From positions 62,001 to 126,000 of the forward strand of contig JBFLGF010000008.1 in NCBI GenBank assembly GCA_050230475.1: DNA of 64,000 bases, in the 5' to 3' direction. The notes under the pieces were generated by a model. The model did no database searches. It worked only from the letters and a program-made list of their open reading frames with translations, and was not told the DNA's origin. This stretch comes from Ancylonema sp. (Eukaryota). Positions 54,393-64,000 of this stretch are shown piece after piece. A program made the translations under genes and the position numbers. Positions within the stretch are counted from its first letter, which is position 1. Each line of letters starts with the position of its first letter.

Positions 54393-56405
54393 ATGTCAGT
54401 CTTTAGAAACCGCACCGAGATTTCGAAGACAGGGGTTGGCCTCTTGGCTCTCCTTCTGCTCTCCACGTGTAGTTCCTCGCTCGGCCGCACTCCATCCTGG
54501 TCAGAAGATGCCGTGGCAGGTAGTATCTCTCGACACCTTCACCACCAAAAATCTCCTGAACCCTTATCTTCACCGGGCGTATCCTCCAGTACATGCATTG
54601 CATGTTTGTCAATGTCGACTAAAATTATTATTTTTTAATTTGTATATGTTTTCTTTCAATAATGTGAGTGACTGATTCGCGGAAGTGAATTGTATGCAGG
54701 TGTGAATGGAAACGTGGTCGCAAACCAGCAGGCAGAGGATAAGGGCAATGCGTATGAAAGCTACGAGGCACCAGGCACCAGCATACGTCACCTGGCACCA
54801 GCTGGCGTGGTATCTACTGATGGAGCAAAGCAGGCGAGCGAAATCGAGAAGAAATCGACGGGTATGGAAGAGATTCAGTTTCGTTTATTTACTCGTTTCT
54901 TTGTAAATCATTTTTGTTGACTATGTCATAGCAATTTTTGAATCTGCCCTCATGTTGCCCTTAAAACAAAAAAAACAAAAAAATTGTAAGCGTTATACGT
55001 TCCTTTTTTTTTAGTTTTTTTTTTATGTTTTTTTTTTTAAAATATGCAGGTGTTTATGGCAACGTGGCCGCAAACCAGCAGCCAGAGGATGAGGGCAATG
55101 CGTATGAAATCTATGAGCATCATCACCATCACGAATATCGACAGGGGAGGTGGTATGATTGGGACGATGAAGAGCCAAAAGGAGCGGTAGGTGTTGACGT
55201 GGCAAAGAAGGCGACCGAAATCGAGAAAACTTCAACGGGTACGGAAAAGTGGGGAGAGAGGGTTACATATTTTGAATTCACCCTGGCTGCTTTGCATATC
55301 TGTGTGAGTGTTAAATTATTCACGCTACATCTTAGGTTTTGGCGTCCTCGTTTTCCCCCCAACCCCCTTTTTTTTGTAGTCCGTTTCCCCTTCCTCAAGT
55401 GTGAGTTAAAAATTTTCTCTCGGGTTTTACATATCGACACCTTCCACGACTCTTACCATGACTCTTCTTCTTATGACATTCGAATTTATTAACGTGTCCA
55501 CCTCTCCTTTTTTTTTTTTGCATCTTGAATTCTGGAAGTCTTCCTCACGTTTGTGTTTTTTCCCCCGAAATTGAAACCAACGAATCCGCTTGTGAAATTT
55601 GGATGCAAGTGTAGCTGGAAACGCAGCCGCAAATAAGCAGGACGAGGATGAGGAGGAGGAGGAGGAGGGAAATGCGTATGGAAGCTACGAGCATAAGCAT
55701 CACCATCACGAATATCGACAGGGGAGGTGGTATGATTGGGACGATGAAGAGCCAAAAGGGGCGGTAGGTGCTGACGTGGCATCTACCAATGGTGCAAAGA
55801 AGGCGACCGACATCGAGAAAACCTCCACGGGTATGGAAAATCGAGGAGAGATTTAAATTCATTCTGACTGATTTTTATGTCTGCGTGTGTGTCGAATTCT
55901 TCACATTGCATCTTAAATTATGGCTTTCTCGTTACCCCCCCACCCCTTTTTTTCTTAGAGCTTTCCCCCACTCTCCAGCCTATGTCAACAACTTTTAATC
56001 AGATTATATCTATCGACACCTTCATTACTTCGACATATCACCTTTATACCTTCATTACTACGACACCTTCATTACTACGGCAATTCATCTTTCTACCCTC
56101 GAATGGATTCACGTCGTCACCTGCCCTCATAGTGCATCTTAACTTTCGGCGGTCTCCAATACTTTTTCTTTTATTTTCTCTTGCGACGAATTCGCTGAAA
56201 TTCGGATGCAGGTGTAGCTGGCAAAGTAGCCGCAAAACAACAGCCAGAGGATGAGGGCAATGCGTATGAGAGCTACGAGCATAAGCATCACCATCACGAG
56301 TATCGAGAGGGGAAATGGTATGATTGGTACGATAAGGAGCCAAAAGGGGCGATAGGTGCTGACGTGGTACCAGCTGACGTGGCATCGACCGATGGAGGAA
56401 AATAA
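54393..56405 (+). CDS. Putative secreted His-rich exon-repeat protein, paralogue B (alternative Tyr/Gly terminal exon 56689-56789)
   Basis: Signal-peptide-like exon 54393-54519. Repeat exons 54700-54861 (no His core), 55050-55238, 55609-55830 (mutated acceptor) and 56212-~56433 (TAA at 56403-56405). The three complete internal exons are multiples of 3, phase 1. Confidence 0.7.
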
Positions 56406-59400
56406 GAAACAGGAATCCAAAGCATTTCTTCGGGTATGGAAGAAGGGTACCGGATAATCATAATGCCACCATAATTGAAGACACTTGCGAAGTTTCATGT
56501 GTTGCCTTGCAAACTGGAATCTCATTTCAATGTATTCCCGTGACCTACGCTGTGAGTATCGAGGGGGTCTATAGAGGGGTTGATATAGAGTTGGAGGGAA
56601 TGATGTATTGTGTACAGCAAATGATATATATGCATACACATGGTGTCGTGAGCTCCGGCGGCCACTCATTTTCCTTGGATTTATGCAGGTGCGGATAATG
56701 GTGCAATGGAATTTCCTCCTACCGATAGGACGGCGAGGGAGATGGAACGCTATGAGGAGGGTTACGGTTACGGTTATGGAGTGGGTTGAGACGAAGAGAT
56801 TCAGTAAAGCAGGATTTTTTTTTTTTTTTTTTTTTTTCCACTTGTTTGTCATACCTTGATGATACATTTAGGAGGTTGTATGTGCATAATAGTAGAGAGA
56901 CCTCCAAAAAAAAAAAACCTTTCGTCCACTTTCTTTTTCAGGTTAGTTTGGTTGTTTCTTCGAGGAAACGAATTTGGATAAATTTTGGGTTTGGTTGTTT
57001 TTTTTAGGAAATGAATTTTGATAAATTGTCAAATTAAAATCTTGTTACTAAAATATGAATGTGGAGAGTTGTTCTCATATTCAATGATGTTGCTACTGTT
57101 TCCGTATTGATCTTATAGCACTAGTTGTATCCAGAATGAAATATGATTTCCATCCCCGAATTGAAACCATGCACGGAAGTGAAATTGCAAGGTTCGAATT
57201 GTATCCGTAATATCACAATATTTACCTCCACAAAATAGAATCGTGAATATGCATGTCAGAATCAAATAATGTCATCGAAAATATCCGTTTGGAGTATTAA
57301 TCATCACGTCGTTAATCAACATCAAATTGTTTGAAGCAAAGAGAAAATACAACGTTGAACTACATACGGATTTTCCCAACAGTAGCAAATATTTTCCTAC
57401 AACCCACATATGAAAGAAAATGTGTCGAAAGAGAATTCGAATCAAAGTACATAGTACTTAAAATACGTACAAAGTAAAAGAGCCTAAAATTAAAACACCA
57501 CAATACAAAAATACCACCAGAACCAGCAAGAGAAAGTTTTATAGAAAATGGTCAACTTCAAACGATAGACCAAATACACGACAAGAATGGAAATATAAAT
57601 GCGTTTTTGTTATCATGGGCACATGCTCGTCCCTTTTTGTATGAATATTGTATAACGAGTAATGATTTGGACGGTATAGATATCATACATGTAAAATATG
57701 GACGTTGGACCCAGTTCACTAAAATAGCATTTTACGATCATCGATTGCGGGAAAGAAATATATGGGTAATTACCGAACATGAAGAAAATGAAAAATTATG
57801 GAGCAGTACAACATGTTTGCTTTGGATTTAGTTTTTATACAAAAACTAAAAAATACAAAAATAAAACGAAAAAACACACGGTGACATTTTTTTATATGAA
57901 GAAAAACTTCTATAACCTTGACTTTATTTTATAAATGGAAAGGAAGGGAAGGTGCAAATCGATAAATTTGGTATGCACCAGGCGTTTTTTTCTGGTTCTC
58001 CCCCTCCCTTAAATGTGGATGCGAATTGGCTGAAATATTGCAAATGCCGAGCACTCTGAGATGTTTTTTTTTTTTTATGTTGGTGCTTTGACCAGATTTT
58101 TATCTTGTTTTTACATGCAGCCCGAGCTCGTGGATGTCACTAAGTATACTTTGTATCGTCTCGTAGAATCGCTTGCATGCATCCGTTTACGAGACTTATG
58201 GACTTGATGTCAACATTTGTGTTTGTATATCATTTTGAGAAATGTCTCATTGGAGATGTGAAGGCATTCAAACGTCATTGGACCAACGTTGGTGATGACG
58301 GAGTCACAGTTTTCTCTCGGCTTTAAAACCTGATGGCACGCGACACCTTGCCATGCTCGCAATCGGCGATTCGGTGTAACATTTTCATGGTTACTCCAAC
58401 TTATTTCGACCGCTGAATCCATAAGAGCTAATAGACAGCCGAAGAATTTGGGCAAATTAAGATGGAGTGACTTGAGTGATCACAAATAAACGGGCTCGCA
58501 AATTTGAATCGCAAAACCGTTGCATACGTTACACAATTCATCTACGCTATAAGCACAAAATGTTTATGGCCAACGCGAATTTCGAGAATCAAAGTGCGGA
58601 AGACCAGGCGAGGGTGTGGAAATTTCTGATATGGCGGTGTATGATTATTTTGGCGGCACCATTCAAACCAGCATGAAACTCTCAATTTAGCTCCCAGTTT
58701 AAGTTGACTCGTACGTTTCCACCACTGCTACTCTTGAACATTAAATATAACATGATTTCCGATTGGAGGGAATGCGATAACTAGAGGAACTATCTTTATG
58801 CGAAGTATCATGTACTTCGCGTCGCAAATCTAAATGTCAATTGCAAAACATGATGTTTGTCAAAATATGTATCGAAACGGGCTAACTTAAGTTACGTCAA
58901 TTTGAACTTGGGAGTGCGGAAATAGAACACAAAAATCCCAATGTACGTACAGATGGTTGGACAATGATGGTCAAATCAGGAACTCCGTGGTGCAAATTCT
59001 GAAGTGAATATTTGTGAGTTTATAACTCACAAACTGGAAAAAACTACGCGAATTCGGACGTGTTAGAGAGTAGGACATAATATGGAGTGCGCAACTTAAT
59101 CTTGTCTAATGACATGTCACCTCAAACGCTAAGTTAAACTTATCTATGTTTCACTTGTCTAACCAAATAAGAGTAGTCGTCGACACCTCTATTTCTCGAA
59201 ACTAAAGTTGTACGGACGTTGAATAATGATGTAGGCACTCGAACTATTCTCTTGGCACACTTGCCGATGAGTTGGAATAATTTGAGCACATTCGGGATTT
59301 TTTAAATATAAAATGTGCACTCATAGATGTTGCGTATTTTGTTAGGTAGTACGTCCTTGACATAAGACGATCTCAATTCAGCCTAGCACGAGTTCAAGAG

Positions 59401-60248
59401 ACCAACCAACTCCATCTTCCCAATATGATACTAGATTGATGCGTACTTAATGCATTTTTCATTCTTCGCCCGGGGGGAAAAAAAAACAGTATATGATGGC
59501 TGGATAAGGTTAATCACGTAGTATCCTGCCAAATTTGTATGAGTGTGGGGCCCATAAAAGCGAAATATGTGCATTTCCCCGCACAATGCGCGCATTTTAA
59601 GTTGGCCAAAGTTTCCATACGCTAAATACGGTGTATTGTGATCGCAATGTCACACGCGTGTCGCGTGTTGTTCAACCCTAGTACGAGTGAAACCCTAATT
59701 TTGCGATATTTGACGCCCAAATACTTGTTGTACGGTGAACCTTCATTTTCGAAACACCGATCGTCACCACTGAAGTGAGCTGTAGCATCCACATGAGGTG
59801 TGCAGAACAACACAGACACGAGGCAACAACCCCATGGTGTTACCGTACAACAAGAGTAGGGCAACACCATACTCGTAACATGTGGCATAAAGCACTATAT
59901 TATTTTATTATCTACTATTACAAACAACCAAAAAAGTAGGTAATTCCTAACACAAAATCGACACAAACGGTCATTGCATCCAAGCGAGGTTTCCAGTCCC
60001 AACTTGCACATGTGTCAAGTTGGCTAGAGGAACTTGGGGTCGCGTTGAGTCGACCACAACAAAAGCCGGTATTACACCTACACCTCTACTTCAAATACCA
60101 TACAATGAACGATCTTTGGTGTACAATTCCGGCACACAACTAGAGATTTTTTTGGGACGCCAGTGATGCCTTGATCACATGTTTGAAACAACGAGCCTAA
60201 ATGAACCAACCATCCCCGTCAAAGCGGGAGCGGAACCACGGACGGTTA

Positions 60249-63200
60249 TCATCTCCGCTTCCCTATGCTTGGAAAGGTAGAACGAATTCCGTCCTCCGCT
60301 CGTTCCATCATCTCCACAAACTTGACGACACCTGATCCCAAGTATCCCGCAACCCCCTTCTCCTTCAATTGCACACTCAACACGGATTTGGAACTGAGGT
60401 GACACCAGGGTACCATATATGCCACGAACGGGGCAATCGCAAAGTATGCAGTACGTACATAGGTGACGTCACTATTTATCTCCAAGTGCACAGAATGCAC
60501 TAAACATTCGACCCCGTGACACAAATTATTTGCTCCCAATCGCATGTCCCATAAATGAAGTCTCGTGATTTTCTACAATACACACTCCACAATGTAGAAT
60601 CTACAGCGTGCAATCTACAGTAACAGCCTACAAACATACACTTTCCCACATTCCCCCCATCAAGTCTACAGTCTACCAACCGCAACCAGGGGCAGCTCAC
60701 TCGCACTGTCGGATGGGAGAGGGGGGCGGAGGGTGGCGGAGACCGAAATGGACCCCGGAGCCTGCTGGAAAACCTGGCAAGGACCCCCGACCACACCCCA
60801 CCCTTCCCTCTCATGCACCACTCAGCTGGAGGGGGTAGGGAGCAGGACTGCAGACGAAGGAACAGCAGACTGACAGGTGGCAGTGGGAGGGTGCGAGCTG
60901 TACCTGCACTCGGAAAAAGTGCGCCTTTTCCCCTGGTGCGCATTCAAAACTGCCCTATTGAACCCAAACACCCGGTATTCATCACGCCTTACCCGTAACC
61001 CGTTACTCGTCACCCGTTACCCGTACCCCGTTACCCGTTACCCGTTACCAGTCATCGGGAACCCTTGTGTGGGAAGATATTTTTTCTGGTTTGGGTGCTG
61101 GCGATCTACCTGGATGCTGACCTCAGCAGCCTCTGCCGAACACGCCACTCCTTCCCCCTCCAGCACTTCCTTCAGACTCAACAGCACCTCCCACGCTGAC
61201 ACCTGGCGCCCCACGCCCTGCCCCCCCCCCCCACAGCCAGCGTGTGTGACACCCGTGGTCGCCACGGCAGACAGTGATGACCAACCTGGAGGGAGAAGGA
61301 GAGTTTGGGGCGGGGCTTCCCCTGGCCTCTGACGGCGCCAGGTGGCAGCGCGCTGTAGGACCAGGCCAGACCCCAACGGGAGGTCTTCCCCTGCACGAAT
61401 TCGGTGGTCTGGACGAGTGCCACGTGGCAGCGCCGCAGCCGTGCGATGAGGCCCTTGAGATGGTGCTTCTTGCCCACCAAGCTGCTGAACCAGCTGGACC
61501 CCAGCCCCCAATCCCCAGACCCCAGACCCCAGACCCCACCCCACTTCGATCTGGGACTCCCAATCCCGCGGACGTTTGGCACACTCGATGTAAGCAACTC
61601 ACTGCACGTGTTTCTTCAGCTGCGAGCTGTCGTCGATGATTCTCGTTATAAACGCCACCTCCCCGCCCGGGTACACCATCTCTGCTGTGCTGCCGCCACA
61701 TGCCGTCGCGGGATTGGCCCCTGCCTCCTCCATGCTCTCAAAGAAGGGGGGGTTGCACATGCAGAAGTCAAACCGCTCCCCCTCCCCGACCACGCCCTCC
61801 AGGACGGGGTGACGTGGCGCAACCTCATCCGTCGGATCCGACGTGGTCGCGGACGTGAAGGGCTGTGAAGGGTCTGCAGAGTCCTCCCGGCCTCCTCCCC
61901 TGTCTGTTGAATCAGAGGGGTGACAGCTGGTGGGGTTCGCTGACGAGGTGGGGTTGGGGGGAGGAGGACGGGTCGGTGATCGTGTGTCTCTGACGGAGAT
62001 GAGGGGGGAGAGGTGGGGGTTCTGATGCACGTTCTGACGCGCGCCCTGGAGGCCCTCCTCGGTCACATCTGCCACGTCAGCGGAGAGACACGTCAGCGGG
62101 TAACTGCAGGGGCTGAGGTGGGGCTACAGTGCTGCGAAACCTATTAAAAAAAAACACACACGAGTGGTGGAACATGCAAACGTAGAAAGGCATCATAGGG
62201 AGCACGTTCAAATCTGACTTCATATAAAGGGATTCTGTTCAGAGGTCTGCTATCCACTTTCTACGGGAAGTGATCCGTGAATCCTGAACCCTGAACCCTG
62301 GAACCCTCCTGTGAAATTCGTCAAAAGCTCCACCAGTTTAACCATCAAAATCTTATCCCGATTTATAGTCCTACAACCGCACACCTGTGCCAACAAAGTG
62401 CCAGCCGAGCATGGAGGCCCCCAACAGCGGATAAATACAGCTGGCGCCAGTGCCAATGTCCAGACCCCGAACAGCTGTCGTACTGTGAGCGTGCCACGTG
62501 GCGGGATGTAGGGTGAGCAGGTCTTCCAGCCAGAGGAGGTAATTGATGCGGTTGGGCAGCGGGGGGCAAAGGTGGCCGTCAGGAAGGCACCTGGCAGATA
62601 GGTAGTCCCCCCCCTATAAATGAGATGAGGTGTACCTAAAATCCTTCTGTAGAAGCCACCGGCACTTACCACTCAACCCCGAAGTCGTTTCGCAGGAGGA
62701 CACGTGTCAGCTCCCTAGTGGCATTGAAGTCTCGCCAGTTGATCCACGACCGCCCGCCCTCCTTCCTCCCAGCCCGCACGTAGGGTCTCAGATCCGGGTA
62801 CTTGGCCGCCAGAGCCTCGAAATCCGGGGTTTGTTCGAGGTACTTGTTTCGGGGATGCATGCCTCTACTCTGCCTACCGAATTGTGGCAAAGCTGACTCA
62901 GCCGGGTCCGCTGTTGAGTCAGATGGGCGTGGAGGTCTAGGGGTTGTCGCTTTGTTTCTTTTGGCTGGAGAGGGGTCGTGTGCATCGCTTTCTGGCTCAT
63001 TCACTTTCCGTTTTGGATGAGAAGCAATTGGGGGTGGGTTTGCACTGCCTGCTACTGCTGCAACTGAACTGGTTTTTTGAACGATTAACTCTTCATGACC
63101 TCTGGACGGCAAGCCGTCCGTGATAGGTGGAACGACATGTGTGTCTGATGGTGACACGTGTGCGATTAGGAGGTCCGTACTCAGTTGCAGCACCTCCTCA

Positions 63201-63623
63201 AGAGCGGTGCGCATCTGATGGGCAAAGGAGAGAGAAAGAAAAGTGTGAGAATCCAGTTATGCCACAGACAGGTACAGCCAGCTACTCACTGCCAGCTACT
63301 CCATCTGCATTCTCGAACACCCAGAAACCTGTTCCGTGGGCAGCCAGGTGGTGGGGGGGATGCTTCCCAGAATCTATGTTGTACACTCTATATAGTAGGG
63401 TGTGTACGACGTAGCCGATAGCTGTAAGCTGATAGCTGATAGCTGTAGCTGTAGCTTGCGTACGCACGCCAGAAAAAGGGAGGATGCGCATTACCTCAAG
63501 AGCTTCGGCATTTAGTGGTTCCGCCTGTACGATCTGCTCAACCTCCTCCAGTTGCTGTCTGTACATTGTCACATTTGCGGACAGCTCCGCCAGGTCCGTA
63601 CTATTCTGTTCATCTAAAGCCAT
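60249..63623 (-). CDS. FIO1: METTL16/FIONA1 U6 snRNA/mRNA m6A methyltransferase with an SPF30-like N-terminal extension
   Basis: Exons 63623-63495, 63214-62670 (MHPRNKY..PDFEALA..INWRDFNATRELTRVLL..DFG), 62590-62385 (LCPPLPNRINYLLWLEDLL..GLDIGTGASCIYPLLG), 62068-61603 (FDFCMCNPPFF..GGEVAFI), 61493-61286 (WFSSLVGKK..TEFVQGKTSRWGLAWS), ~61202-61110, ~60773-60707 (VFQQAPG), ~60331-60249. The 3' exons are less certain. Confidence 0.92.
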
Positions 63624-64000
63624 ACTAGAAACACTTTGTTGACCTTAGTGTTAGAAGAACGCGAAGGAAACGATGCGGTTTCTGCACCTGTTACATTTTC
63701 AGACACTCATATCTTCACTCGTGTTTTCTTTGTGAAAGCCGGCCATTAATATTTAAGACTGTGGATACCTCCATCGTCCTTCAGAGGTCATGGCCCGTCG
63801 CGGCGTGGACATAAAAACCAGTCCGAGAATTCAGGTAGTGAGCAGCAATGTTCCCACGCCTGGAAGGCACCCCCCGTAGCGCCACACATGCCATACTCGA
63901 GAATTCCAGATGCTCGATGCCAGATGCTCGTCCCACAGGCCAAGAGAGCTTTCTGAGAGTGAGCTTCACAAGTTATGTGCGCGAGGCGCGACGTATACAA

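Larger units (their letters stand above)
40730..58279 (+). repeat. ~8.8-kb tandem segmental duplication (unit A ~40730-49477, unit B ~49480-58279)
   Basis: Colinear matches: 40735-41780 vs 49920-50910, 42585-43060 vs 51835-52290, 43700-48350 vs 52340-57300, 49380-49477 vs 58183-58279. Confidence 0.9.

Noticed and set aside
63781..64000. Short ORFs at the window edge
   Set aside because: No recognisable motif; probably the 5' UTR or promoter of FIO1

Overview
Eukaryotic, intron-rich nuclear DNA from the green-plant lineage. TTTAGGG repeats, plant-type orthologues and G/C-run introns suggest a streptophyte alga, but that placement is inference. Four conserved spliced genes are present: organellar RNase II (RNR1-like, +, ~220-7114), a PEX8-like gene ending in the PTS1 ARL (-, 8255-11550), TatD/TATDN1 DNase (+, 38642-41675) and the METTL16/FIONA1 m6A methyltransferase (-, 60249-63623), which unexpectedly carries an SPF30/SMNDC1-like N-terminal exon. 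PEX8 and TatD are head-to-head, separated by a ~27 kb nested transposon island. The island is a long-TIR element with a hAT transposase remnant whose right arm is split by two insertions: a 20.7 kb head-to-tail Helitron stack (holding a degenerate full-length Ty1/copia element, a PIF1 helicase remnant and large microsatellites) and a 3.4 kb MULE. Downstream, an ~8.8 kb tandem duplication starting inside TatD carries two paralogues of an unrecognised secreted protein built from symmetric exon repeats with a His-rich core (YEHKHHHHEYRQGRWYDWDDEEPKG). All homology calls are from remembered motifs, not database searches, and exon borders were read by eye.
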